Shown one piece after another: positions 36,059 through 47,870 of a stretch of DNA of 64,000 bases. This DNA comes from Camelus dromedarius. Its lineage: Eukaryota. Within the stretch, counting starts at the first letter, position 1. Each line of letters opens with the position of its first letter. The stretch lies in the NCBI RefSeq assembly GCF_036321535.1, contig NC_087436.1:24616001-24680000 (forward strand), read 5' to 3'. The translations under genes were made by a program, and so were the position numbers. The notes beneath the pieces were generated by a model. That model was given only the letters and a program-made list of their open reading frames with translations. It had not been told where the DNA came from and did no database searches.

Positions 36059-36799
36059 AATGAAGCATTGTTTTAAAGGAAGAATCATCAGTTTATTATA
36101 GTTTTAACGTCGCCCTCCTTGCCCTGGGTGTTTTGTGGATGAAGAACTTCCAGGGATGGGGCTCTACAAAGTGGAGCCTGCATTGAATGAGCACCTGATA
36201 TCTGGGGCAGGTGTGAGGACCGGGCTCACATCGTCCTGTGGTCTGGCGGGTAATGGTTGGTGTAGATTTGTGTGAGTGGCATTAGTCTTTATTCATGCTG
36301 CTGCCTGAAAAGAGAACATCTTTGTTCCTTTGGGTACCGGCTGGGTACAAAACAAGCTTCTTAGGTGGTACCCAGTGGAGGCATCTACATCGCTCATCAT
36401 CACTGAATTAACAAAGCTGGCGACGAGGTGGCCCACATGCTGGCAGTGGACTGACTAGCACGTGTAGAGAATTTCCGTTGTATATGAAAACAACAGCACG
36501 TATCTCTGGGAGAGTCTTTGTTTCCCAAACTTACCATACCCATGGGAAGAAAAAGTAAAAGTTTGTCATTGCTGGAAGAATTTAGGGAGATCTGGCTCTG
36601 TGTTTGCAAAATTCGACCATCATTTAAATACCTACTTCTTTGAATAGGTCATTTTCTTTGTCAGGCCATTTTACAGCTGAGAGAGGTGAAGAGATTTGTC
36701 ATCCCCACAAAATAATTCTGAAGCCCAGGAGAAATGGGAACCCATGGTCCACCTCTAAGCAGTTTTAAATCTCCTAGATCCGTGTGTATTCCTGTGTTT

Positions 36800-36996
36800 A
36801 AAAAAATTATTTATTTATTTTTAATTTTGGGGGGGAGGGGATTATGTATGTATGTATGTATGTATGTATGTATGTATGTATGTATGTATGTATGTATGTA
36901 TGCATGTATGTATTTATTAACAGAGGTACTGGGGATTGAACCCAGGAAATCGAGCACACTAAGCGCACACTCTACCACTGAGCTATACCCTCCCAC
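36800..36996 (-). mobile_element. tRNA-Ala-derived SINE (Vic-1-like) with a microsatellite in its tail
   Basis: The reverse complement reads GGGAGGGTATAGCTCAGTGGTAGAG...CCTGGGTTCAATCCCCAGTACCTC. Confidence 0.9.
36843..36913. repeat. (TATG)15 tetranucleotide microsatellite plus imperfect units
   Basis: Read directly from the sequence. Confidence 0.95.
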
Positions 36997-38474
36997 TCAC
37001 CATGCTTTTCTTTTAAAATAAAGTAAAAAAGAATTAGCTATCCTACTAGAGATACTGGCTGATTCTGTTTTCTACAGTGATGATTTTGGTTCTAATGAAC
37101 TCTGCTATTTAGAAATATGCTGAGAGAATTGACTACCTGTGTTGGGGGTAATTTATTTTCTCTGGCTATGTTAACTCTTGAGCAATTAACTGGATTATTT
37201 CCCTAATGTGAACAGTGACTCTCTTCATACTAAAACGATTAATTGGACACTTGTTCTAGGGTGAATATTTACTCTCTTATTTTTTTCCTCTCCTCATGCC
37301 ACCTCTCTTTCCTCACATGTCTTGCTCCCTCTCTGAGAGCAGCTTCGACCACTTAATGTTTATGCGAAGATTGTAAGCTCTCAGAAATCATAGCGAGGAA
37401 ACGAGCTGCACATTTGTTCTCAGCAGATCTCCACATCTCTTTGGATTTTCATGTTGCGCTTGCTTTACAATCACTGAATTCCACATGATAGCATCTCCAT
37501 TATTTTGGTGGGCATATTAGAGCTGATTGTTGCTCACAGCAGCCTTCGGCCGCCCCCGGTGAGACCTCCACAGCTTACCTTATCATAATATTGGAAAGCA
37601 ATTTCTCTTGACTGCTGTGCGCCGATGCCAGAAATCCAAAATGCTGCCACAGTCATTAAGTGATTTCCAATTAGTTAATTGGTTTCACAGGCTGCTTCTT
37701 TCGAAACTGCACCTTAAATGAAAAGCAGAACCATCCATTTTTGAAAGAGGAAGAATCCCGGGGCCTTTGGGTTTTAAGATCTTAAAACAAAGCAGACTGT
37801 GGAAGAAACGTCTCTGAAAACACCAATCCTGCAGAACAGAAAATGTTCTTATTATGGTTACAGAAAAGAATAGAATCTCTCTCCTGGCTTTCCCAAATGG
37901 TCTAGCGTTTATTTTGCCCACTTTAACTTTGAATCGGAGGAAATGAGGTAGATTATCACAGAGCAGCATGGAACATGGAGAATTTCTAGATCAACACGGC
38001 TTCTTCTCTAGGGAAGCTTCCGGGGCCTCTGTGTCAGGTCCCCCAGGGCCGTATCGTCTTGGCCGCTCTGGGATGCTATGTAACCCTCATTGAGCAGTAG
38101 GACCAAGTCGTTGAGAATGGTTCTTTAAGAAGCTGCTCTTTGGAAAGGGAAGTGTATACGGTTAGGGATATGGACTGATGAGAGGAGTGGTGTGTAAAAA
38201 GGTAAGAGATTGATCTCGAACATCTCAGGTCAACACATGTGTTGTTACTGTTGGAGGGCCAGAAATAGGATTTTTGAGCAGTAACTGACTTGTACAGTAG
38301 TATAAATATTTATCCAACAGGGTAAGTAGGGTAAAAATTACCCAGTAGGGTAAATCAGTCATGTATTTTCTCTGATACAGAAAACTTAGCTTTAATAGTA
38401 GATAGAATGCATAAAAAAATGAATGCAACATTTCTTCTTTGTGAATCAGACAAAAATGCAGTCAGTCAAGTAAG

Positions 38475-38712
38475 CAGCAGCAGAGTGTAGTGGTTAAAAA
38501 CATGGACTCTAGAGACAAACTATCTGGGTGGAAATCCTGTTAGCTACTTTCCAGTTGTGTGACTTGGGGCAGGTTGCTTGACGTCTCTGGGCTTCAGTCT
38601 CCTGGGAAATGGGGGAGAGGAGAAATACCATCCTCTAAGAGTTGTTACGAAGAGTGAACAAGTGGTTAAAATCCCAAAGTCCCTTAGAACCGGACTTGAT
38701 ACGTATTTTATT
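38475..38712 (+). mobile_element. MIR SINE, near full length
   Basis: Contains GTGTAGTGGTTAAAAACATGGACTCTAGAG...GTGTGACTTGGGGCAGGTTGCTTGACGTCTCTGGGCTTCAGTCTCC. Confidence 0.85.
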
Positions 38713-39055
38713 AAAGAAACCAAATTTTATCAGATGCTATGTTTTGAAAGATCCACCTTTTGATCTCTCCCTTGAAAAAATCCTCTCCTTTTATGGGTAA
38801 TTACCCACAAGAACCAATATTCAAAGGAAGGCAGTAACTGAGATGCTGGCGGCCCATCCCGTTGGTCAGTCCGTCTGTCAGTCAGCTATGTTCCCTGCCA
38901 TCAGCTCTTTAAGATAGTTTCTTTTCCCCAAACTCAGCCTGATCTTCTTGTTAAAGAGCAATGTTTATGTGAGAGAAGTAGATTAAATGGGGAGAGTAGA
39001 GGAGGCAGTGATTGGAATACTGGGTTAGAAAGAGCAAAGAACTTCAGTGTGTACA

Positions 39056-39216
39056 AGTGTACGTGTGCGTGCATGTGGGGTGTGTGTGTCTGTGAAAGAC
39101 AGAGAGAGACAGACACAGTGCCAGAGATAGACAGAGAGAAATACACAAACATGCACACAGACAGAGAGAGACACAGAGAAAGAGGCAGAGAGATAAGAGA
39201 GAGACAGAGAGAGAGA
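39056..39216. repeat. compound (TG)/(GA)/(CAGA) simple repeat
   Basis: Read directly from the sequence. It explains the Leu/Ser-rich ORFs at 38934-39399. Confidence 0.85.
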
Positions 39217-41344
39217 ACAGTTGGGTAGCAATGGAAAAACTTGGGTGAGTGGGAGACCATGCATGGGAAAGACAGCACACTGCTGAGAAGGAAATGAGAG
39301 GAGAGGGGAATACGGGAGGCAAAGCAGAGAGCTGAGGACAGAAAGCCCTGACTGGCGCTGGTGGCTTCCTGTCTGCTGGAGAAGCAGTTGGTTCATCATT
39401 TCAGCAGCCTGGAGTCCTTTAGTAATGACTTTATGGATTAAAATTTAAAACCAAATTAGGTATGTTTACAAAACAGCACCTACACTGAATTGATAACAAG
39501 CTGCCAAATTTGGGCTCACAATGATCCTGGAGCCCTGGGGTGTGCTGTTCGGGTAGATTGTCCTGGTGGTTGTTCATGTGGGTAGAACTGCGGCCACGTG
39601 TCATGTCCCCCTGCCCCCGCTAAAGATAGCACTTTTAGGTGATACGCTGGTGGGCATAAGTAAAGCATTTATGAGCACATAGTTTCTGGTCTTGAAAGTA
39701 ACTGTGGTAGAAATTTGTCTGCTTTTTGGGAGTGCTTTTTTTTAAAAATTATTTTTAAGTTTCCTCGTGCCACCCATCCATTCCAGTTGAAACCGTGGAT
39801 CAAGAAACACCAAGTCTGAAATCTCATAATTATACAGGCGTTTTGAGACTATGTGCTTTGAAAGTGAAATGTTTTCAGGAATGATGAGTTCCTCTGTCTG
39901 CTTCTCCAGCAGCAAGCCCGTTTCCTATCACATAGTTATTTCAGAGAGGGGCAATCTTTTATTCCAGTTTTATGCAATGGAATGCAGTATTTTCTACTCA
40001 TATATTTTTTAGAACAGGAGCTGCTCTTTCAAGTTGTTAATCAGTATAAAGGAAGGAAGGCATCAAAGGGAATGCTTCTTGGTTCTGTCTAGAGACAGCG
40101 ATACTTCTTGTAATGAAGTGCATTGATACATTTATTTCTATGTTCCATGAAGATAGTTACGACTCAATAAATATTAAATCAATCAGCCAAATAACCTCTC
40201 CCTGCCCTCGAGGAACTTATGGTCTGCTGAAACAAGATGAATATCATGGGCCTTTATCTTTTAATATATTTTTTCACTTTCTTCTGTTGGGAAATAAAAT
40301 CTCAAGAATTCCCATCCAGGGAGCCTGAAGTGGTTTGGGCTATGATACACTTAAATTCCTTCACAAGCCAATGAGATTTGGTTGGAGTTGTTACCTGAGT
40401 CTTAATAATGCTTGTGAAATGGCTTCTTTGTAAAAGAGAGTTAAGTGCTGAAAATAACACAGGGACTGAAGAAAGCAGTGACTGCTGGTGATGGTCCAAA
40501 GGGGTGTGTGTTGTGTCTCCGAGAGTAAGGAGAGGGGGTGAGCACACTGGGACAAGACTGTGCCATCTGTTAATCACAGGATTTAAAACCACAATTCAAT
40601 TACATGGGATTCCATGCGAATATGAGTGGTTTTTCCATTTCAGAAGGCAGCAGGAGCCCGCAGTAGAGTCACTGCGTGTCTGAGAGCCTGATTAAATGTG
40701 TTGGGGCGCACATGGAATATTTTAGTTTCTGGATATTATTTGTATTGAGACAGGAGCATCTTGGAGAGCGGAGATGCATTAAACCCGCACACTTAACGGA
40801 TGATCTTTTATTTCCAGAGAGGCTGCTTGTTGCTATTTGGGCTCCAGTGGCACTGGGTAAGCTCTTGGCTTCTTGCTGACCTGCAGTAAACCTGCTCTCT
40901 GGGCTCAAGATGCTGGCTCAAAATGCACTCGTTTGAATCGATGCTGGGCATTAAAGCGGCTCCTGGGCTTTAGGTCAGGGTCTTCGTTAGGGATGGTTAT
41001 CCTCTGGTTGTGCTGGGGTTTGGGTGACAGGAGATTTAAAACCAAATGGGCTAGGAGTTTAACCCCTAGTTGCACTTGGTCTTGTGACTATTCCTTGGCT
41101 CTTGAGTCTTTAGGAAGTTCCTGATCCAAGAGGAGGGAGGTTGACATCCTCCCTCAACATTTTATCCCTTCTCACTGCTCTGCCTCTTGCCTTGTCCCCT
41201 CTACCTGGGATTTCCTTCTTTCTACTTCTAGCTGTCTCAACTCAACTCATTCTTTAAGAGCCAGCTAAAATGTCACATGGGTCTTCCTTGGTGCCTTCAC
41301 TAATTCTTACCGCCCCTCCTCCCGATCCTATAAAGCATCCAAGA

Positions 41345-41550
41345 AGCATAGGATCATAAAAAAGCATGGATTTTGGACTAGATAGATCTGAGTTTCCATT
41401 CCAGGTTGTACAGTTACTAGGTGTGTTTACCTGGTAAGGCTTCACGTTCTCTTTCAGCCTTACTTTTCCTTAACTGTAAAATGGGGACACTGCCACTCAC
41501 CTTAGGGTTTTTAGAAGCATTAAATGATGTCACCAAGTACAGGGCTGGGG
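41345..41550 (+). mobile_element. MIR SINE
   Basis: Contains AGCATGGATTTTGGACTAGATAGATCTGAGTTT...CTGTAAAATGGGGA...GCATTAAATGA. Confidence 0.75.
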
Positions 41551-41604
41551 AGAGAATAGTCCATAGATCTTTGTTTCTTCATCCTTCATAGTTTATCCAG
41601 CTAA

Positions 41605-41750
41605 CTGTAATTCTTAATCTTTTCATCATGGTTCTGTTGGAGAATCTGATGAAAGCAATGGTCTCTGTTCCCAGAAAAAATATACATGCGTAATTTTTCA
41701 TACCATTGTAGGTAATTCGGGGACGCCTAAATTCCAAATAAGAGCCTCTT
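41605..41750. mobile_element. non-autonomous hAT-Charlie-type element (subfamily uncertain)
   Basis: Contains TTCTTAATCTTTT...GAGAATCTGATGAAAGCAATGG...CCCAGAAAAAAT...TAAGAGCCTCT. Confidence 0.55.
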
Positions 41751-42852
41751 AAGGGTAGCTGGTCCCCAGGGTAAAGCCCTTCCTCCACCAAATAACCACT
41801 TCGGTAAGATTTTTACAAAGCACTTATAAAGAGACCTGGTGCTTGGGAGGGGCTGAAGAAATACTGGTTAATCTCCCCTCTTCCTAAATTGCAGTCGGAA
41901 CCTACACCATACCCGGAGGAAATCTAGCTGTGATTTTTCATTGTATGTAGTTTTGAGAAGCTGTCACGGACAAGTGACAGAAACACCTCCGAGCGGAGAG
42001 TCTAGTCCTTGACTGACACGTCTTCCAGCTGGCCTGCCATACCTGCTATGAACAAATTTGGCCTTTTCAAAAATCTTCCCTTTCTTATCCAACTGTACCC
42101 TGCAGTCCTGTGTGTGCCGCTCCCCAGCCTGGCGATGCGTTTTGCTGACATCTCTGTCTTCACTCTCTGTATAGAATTTATAGCAATTATCCTTTGGTTG
42201 GTCCCCGTGTCTGTATGTTGGCAAGCCGCCCTGCCTTCCATGTGATAAGTACTCTGCAGACCATGCGGCCGGAGCTCTGCCAAGTCTAATGTCACCCTCA
42301 TCAGATGCCACCTGGGTCCAGGGGTTACCTCCACCTGCCCCTTCCCTTCTAAGTCTGCTGGCGCAGGTTCCCCTGGCACTGTGTTTAAAAGCACAAGTCT
42401 GGCTGTGATCCAGTTCATTTGAACCAACGTTAGCAGTGACCCTGAATAATTCCGGCACCTCCGAACATTTTTTACAGCCTGCGCTACCTGGATTGGTTTG
42501 TCTGGCTGTGTACAGCAAGTAAATGAACTGGATAATCGCCATATTTCTCTTCTACTCCGTGCTGGGTAGCCTGCGCCTCTGGAAACAAAAGTTTTCTCTA
42601 CAACAAAGTCACTTCTCAAGAACAATTATGCCCCCCGGGGGTGAAGACCTCCGTCGATATGTGCCAAAGGATGACTAATCAGATTGGCTCGAAAAGCACC
42701 TTTTCCCCATTTGACTTTCACTTGATATTTTCACTGAAGAGCAACGAGGACAACAACAAAAACCAACCTACATCACCAACCCCCTCCAAACCGCAAATGA
42801 CAGTCTCTCACTGATGTGCCGCTGTTTCAGCTGTACAAGTCAGGCTTTATTT

Positions 42853-43777
42853 CTTCTTTTTTTATTTTTTATTGAAGTCTAGTTGATTTACAATGTTATG
42901 TTAGTTTCTGGTGTACAGCATAGTGATTCAGTTATACATATATATGCTTTTTCATATTCTTTTTTATTACAGCTTATTACAAGAAATTGAGTATAGTTCC
43001 CTGTGCTGTACAGTACGACCTTCTTGTTTTTCTATTTTATATATAGTAGTTTATATCTGCTAATCCCAAACTCCTAATTTATCCCTCCTACCCCTTTCCC
43101 TTTTGGTAACCATGAGTTTGTTTTCTGTATCTGTGCTTTTTGTACATACATTCATTTGTATCATTGTTTTAGATTCCACATATAAGTGATATCATATGAC
43201 ATTTGTTTTTCTCTGTCTGATTACTTCACTTAGTATGATAATCTCCAGGTCATCTATGTTGCTGCCAATGGCATTATGTCATTCTTTATACGGCTGAACA
43301 TACACATACACCACAACTTCTTTATCATCTGCCTATGGACATTCAGGTTCCTTCCATGTCTTGGCTACTGTAAACAGTGCTGCTATGAACATTGGGGTGC
43401 ATGTATCTTTTCTAATTAGAGTTTTCTCTGAATATATGCCCAGGAGTGGGATTGCTGGATGATAGGGTAGCTCTACTTTTAGTTTTTAAAAGAACTTCCA
43501 GATTGTTCTCCATAGTGGCTACACCAATTATATTTCCACTGACCATGTAGGAGGGTTCCCTTTTCTCCACAGCCTCTCCAGCATTTATTGTCCGTGGACT
43601 TTTTAATGATGGTTATTCTGACTGGTGTGAGGTGGTACCTCGTTGTAGTTTTGATTTGCATTTCTCTGATAATTAACGATATTGAGCATATTTTCATGTG
43701 CCTATTGGCCATTTGTATGTCTTCATTGGAGAAATGTCTTTGGGGTCTTCTGCCCATTTTTGGATTTAGTTGTTTGT
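42853..43777 (-). mobile_element. 5'-truncated L1 (ORF2 C-terminus plus 3' UTR)
   Basis: The ORF track shows [41 protein letters not shown]...[14 protein letters not shown]. Perfect 13-bp TSD TCAGGCTTTATTT at 42840-42852 and 43778-43790. Confidence 0.97.
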
Positions 43778-43844
43778 TCAGGCTTTATTTATCCCACGGC
43801 TGCTTGTGAACATCTGCATCTGAGAGCTTGAGGATGCTGTGGAT

Positions 43845-44010
43845 CACTATTTCTCAGACTTTATGTACATTCAGATCATCTGGAGATCTTCTTAAAATGC
43901 AGATTCCAATTCAGTGGATCTGGGGAGGGCTCAAGAGATTCTTCATGTCTAATGAGCTCCCGGGTGGGCTGCTACTGATGGGCCACAGGCACACCTTGGA
44001 GAATCGAGAC
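43845..44010. mobile_element. MER5-family hAT MITE
   Basis: Contains TCATCTGGAGATCTTCTTAAAATGCAGATTCC...TCTAATGAGCTCCC. Confidence 0.75.
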
Positions 44011-44604
44011 TGTAGCCTCGTCTGTAAGGCATCTGCACTCAGAGATCAAACCAATTCCAATATGTGGCAACCAGTGTGGCCCATTAGGCCCTCGGCTTGG
44101 CCTGCCCTTCATCACAACCTGGTTCTATTTCTCACAGCAAATGCAAGCAGAAAGACTCTGGTCTTGAGAGAAGAGCAAACACATTTTCATGAAATCAAGG
44201 CAGAATCTATCTAAATATAACATATTGCTCGCAAAGACACCTCCTTGCCTGCAAGTCCTTATTGGCTTCTCACTAGTTATTTAAAGTTTCTAAGTAGGAA
44301 ACTTTTTGTCACTCAAAATTTAGGACAGCCTAGAAAAGTGCAATGGATGTAAAATTTCAGAGTCTGGAGTATTTGTCACCGCAAAGAGCAAAGTTTTGGA
44401 GCTTGAGATTAAGACTAGGAAAACTAATCATATCCACACATTCTTTTTTCACTCCTATTAAATACCGTTCTTTTTTGGTTTTCTTTCTCTTAGAAGACTG
44501 CCTGAATTCTTTTCTGGAAGGAATCACATCTGTATTAACACATTAATTATGTAAACGTTTATTCTTTCAAACCAGAGTATATACTATGTGTGAAAAAATT
44601 GTGG

Positions 44605-44730
44605 TGGTGACTTGGCTTCTGAGTTAATAAAGCAAGCCATTAACCTCTGTGAGTGAGCTTCCATTTTCACATCTGAATAATGAGGGGCTGGACCGGATGA
44701 CCCCGCCTTGTCTGGTATTATGCATTCTAA
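44605..44730 (+). mobile_element. MIR (MIR3/MIRc-like) fragment
   Basis: Contains GCAAGCCATTAACCTCTGTGAG...CATCTGAATAATGAGGGGCTGGACCGGATGA. Confidence 0.6.
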
Positions 44731-45353
44731 GCACCGGAGACACTGAAGTAGCAAACGTTGTCTGTTTGTGGCTTTTTACTGACCAACATGAAGGCTTTTT
44801 TTAGGTCTTTCTCTTTCATGGCAGGGTGGGGAAGGCACACGTCTTTCTGTGTGTGTTCCATGGTTTACAGGGTGATAAGTAAGGAGAGGAATTCAGTTCC
44901 CTGTAGTCATATTGCTTTTTTCCCCTTTCCAGTGGAAATGTATTCCCATCAAAGAAAAATCCCATGTAGAATTCCTCTGTCTAAAAGTGAGAAAGGTGAA
45001 GAGGTCTGAAGCCCATCTGGGGGCCGTCCCTTTGCCAAGGAGGAGTTGCAGAGATACCCTAGGTCTCTGCGGGAGCCGGGTGGAAAAATCATTGCTCTAA
45101 ACTGAGTCTGCTAAGGTCCAAACTCCAAACCACTCTATCCTGTTTCTATGTAAATAAAGCCGGGGGTGGGAAATCTAATTCAGGGAACAAGTGTACAAGG
45201 AAGGGTGTGGAAATCTGAGTAGGGTTGGTTACATAGAAATAAGGAGGGTAGAGTGGCTATGTCTTTCTGAGGATGGTGAGGGAAAGATGTGGGGCCTGGC
45301 AACCATATGTAAAGCTGACCAGACTAGGTTTTGATATCTCAGGAATGAGGGGC

Positions 45354-45357
<4 letters not shown>

Positions 45358-45389
<32 letters not shown>

Positions 45390-45437
45390 GAGGGAAGGGT
45401 GGAGAGAGAGAGAGAGAGAAAGAGGAAAAGTGAGAGA
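45358..45437. repeat. (GA)n microsatellite / polypurine tract
   Basis: Read directly from the sequence. Confidence 0.9.
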
Positions 45438-46312
45438 CAGGGAAACTAGGTAGCCTTTGCTCTGGGTCTGGTGGGCAGGAAATAAAGCAGAGCCGCTGGG
45501 AGCCTGTGATGGATGGCGCGGAGAGGACTTTCCTGTCCTTGCAGTGTGTCTATTTTCATTGAGTTGCTTTGGAAGTCCCAGTCTGCAAACCACAGGGGCT
45601 GGGTTGAGACTCTAAATCAAGTACTTCTGACTTCATCGCCTTTAGTGTCTGTGAAATGCTGAAGCACCGCGTGAGAAGAGGGATCCTAGGTGTCACGCAG
45701 GCCAGTAGAGCATGAGTCCTGCTGTGGCCTTTGGGCAAGTGACTTTTTACTTCATCTATGTATGAGGTAAACCCCCCCATATATGTGTTTTTTTTTCCCC
45801 TTTTCTTACAGGGTGACTAAAGCGACGTGTTCCTTTCCTGTTGTTGTGAAGGCTGCTGTCTAGTTGAGTTGCTTCTCTAGTGAGAGCAGTCAGTGTCATT
45901 AATTTTTCCTCTGTACCGTGTGGGCTGTGGAACATGAAGCTGACTTGATTGATCACATTGCCACTTGAAAACGGGAGCCTCCGGAGGCAGGTGGGTGAGT
46001 GGGTTGGTGAAACACTTGGGAGAGTTAATGCGTTTGTGGAGTTAGCAGTGTCGCCCCTCGGTAGATGGATGACGTTTTGGATCAGCTTGTGTGGAGGGGC
46101 TGGGTAAGATCAGGGTGGAAAGAGAGAGATAGGGTGAAACTAAAGGGGGAAATGCCTCTGCCTCAGTCACACTGCAGCTGTCCTGTGAGATGGGCTATGT
46201 AGGGGCGCTCTCCTGACCTTCACGGTGCATGATGTGTGCCTGGGGGAGGAAGCAGGACGGAAAAGGGATTAAAAACTATGTCTTAGAAGAAAGAGATCAA
46301 AGACCAAGTGTA

Positions 46313-46438
46313 GGGGGGAGGGTATAGCTCAGTGGTAGCGTGCATGCTTAGCATGCACGAGGTCCTGGGTTCAGTCCCCAGTACCTCCATTGAAATAACA
46401 AACAAACAAATCTAATTACTTCCCACCAACACACAAAA
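46313..46438 (+). mobile_element. tRNA-Ala(AGC)-derived SINE (Vic-1-like), young copy
   Basis: 72-nt tRNA-like head at 46318-46389 and the family tail CTAATTAC.TCCC. Perfect 14-bp TSD AAAGACCAAGTGTA at 46299-46312 and 46439-46452. Confidence 0.95.
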
Positions 46439-46933
46439 AAAGACCAAGTGTATTTCATGGCAAAGGAGAAATTCTAAAACTTCTGTATGTGTCCTGTTTA
46501 TTGTCTTCAATTCTAAAAGGCTGTGGGAGGGACAGGTGCGGGGTATCCTGTATAGCTTCCAAGGGAAAATTGGAGGCTGTTTGGCTTCGTTTGAGGGTGA
46601 AATGTGTGGATGGAATGGTTAGCTTCTTGTGGAAGTGAATTTCTCCTCATGTCCCCATTCAAGTCAATGCTCTAAAGGAAATGCGTGGTCTGGGACATAT
46701 TTGGCCTGGATGACCTCCAGAGGTGCTTAGAAGGCTGTCAGACAGAGATTCCACCACATTTCTAAATTTCCTTCCCATGTCCAGTAACAACTCATGAACA
46801 GTTTTTGGCCTTGCTGAAACTAGATACCCTGCCGTGGACAGAATCTAGTTTGCTGTAGAGGAAGAATCATATAGAATTGGCCTTTTTTGTTCCTTCAAGA
46901 GATAAGAAGATGAAGTCTCAGTTTCTGTGTTGT

Positions 46934-47176
46934 TGTAGCATGGGAGAAAGAACAGAACTCGGAATCGAGGGTAGGATCCTAGCTCAAACATTTTCTTGCT
47001 GTGTGATCTTGGTCAAAGCTTCAGGTTTTTGTTTGTTTGTTTTTGTTTTTAATTAGTAAATTGGAGCTCCTGCTGTTACCTTTGCATGGTTGTTAGAAGC
47101 ATTAAATGAGGTGATACAGGTACAGTGCCTGAGACCAGGGCTGCTGCATAGTAGTCACTCAGTAAATGGATTTATT
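46934..47176 (+). mobile_element. MIR SINE
   Basis: Contains GCTGTGTGATCTTGGTCAA...GGTTGTTAGAAGCATTAAATGAGGTGATA...CATAGTAGTCACTCAGTAAATG. Confidence 0.8.
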
Positions 47177-47214
47177 TCCTTTAGTCTCTCAAAGACAACT
47201 ATAATAGAACAGTT

Positions 47215-47416
47215 GGACTATAAGAAACCTAAACTATAGGCCAATATCCCTGATGAATATAGATGCAAAAGTTCTCAATGGCACAATTCAGCAGTACATT
47301 AAAAGGATTGTACACCACGATCTAGCCTTGAATACAAAGATGGTTCAACCCATGCAAATCAGTACATGTGATTCATGACATTAATAGAATGAAAGATAAA
47401 AATCATATGGTAATCT
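47215..47416 (+). mobile_element. isolated internal L1 ORF2 fragment (Z/RT N-terminal region)
   Basis: Translates as [28 protein letters not shown], then after a frameshift [25 protein letters not shown]. Confidence 0.92.
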
Positions 47417-47696
47417 TTCCGAGATAGCAGGCCAGGAGGCTGCTTAGCGTCTGCCCTCAATTAGGGTGAATGAATGTAGGTCATGGACCCCAGACCCATG
47501 GGAGGGATGGATGAGTGGTGGGGCAGAGGGACTGGATGGCGGAGTGTGGATGCTGGTGTGTGGGTAGTTCAGACTAGGACAGGGGGCCCATTTGCATCAG
47601 AACAGCATGTTTGTGTGTGTCTGTGCACATGTGTGCATATATTTTCCTTCTGCTTCTCCTGGGCTCAAGCTCTCTGTTGCATAATTTCCTCTTGGT

Positions 47697-47870
47697 CAGT
47701 GTTTTCAAACTCCAGTGTGCATACAGATCTCCTGGGGATCTTGTGAAAATGCAGATTCTGAGTCCACATATCTGTGAAGGGGCCTGAGATTCCACATTTC
47801 TAACAAGCTTCCAGAGCATTTCTAAGAAGCTGAAGCTGTTGCTGTGTGGATTACACTTTGGGTGGAAATG
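47697..47870. mobile_element. MER5-family hAT MITE
   Basis: Contains CAGTGTTTTCAAACT...CCTGGGGATCTTGTGAAAATGCAGATTCTGA...GGGGCCTGAGATTCCACATTTCTAACAAGCT. Confidence 0.85.

Noticed and set aside
43479..43757. ORF with a Cys-rich motif as a host gene (likewise 32532-32723 and 50059-50388)
   Set aside because: These are L1 ORF2 C-terminal remnants inside TSD-flanked insertions.
46318..46389. Functional tRNA-Ala gene
   Set aside because: It is flanked by a perfect TSD and a SINE-family tail, has stem mismatches and an altered B box, and has four sister copies in the window.
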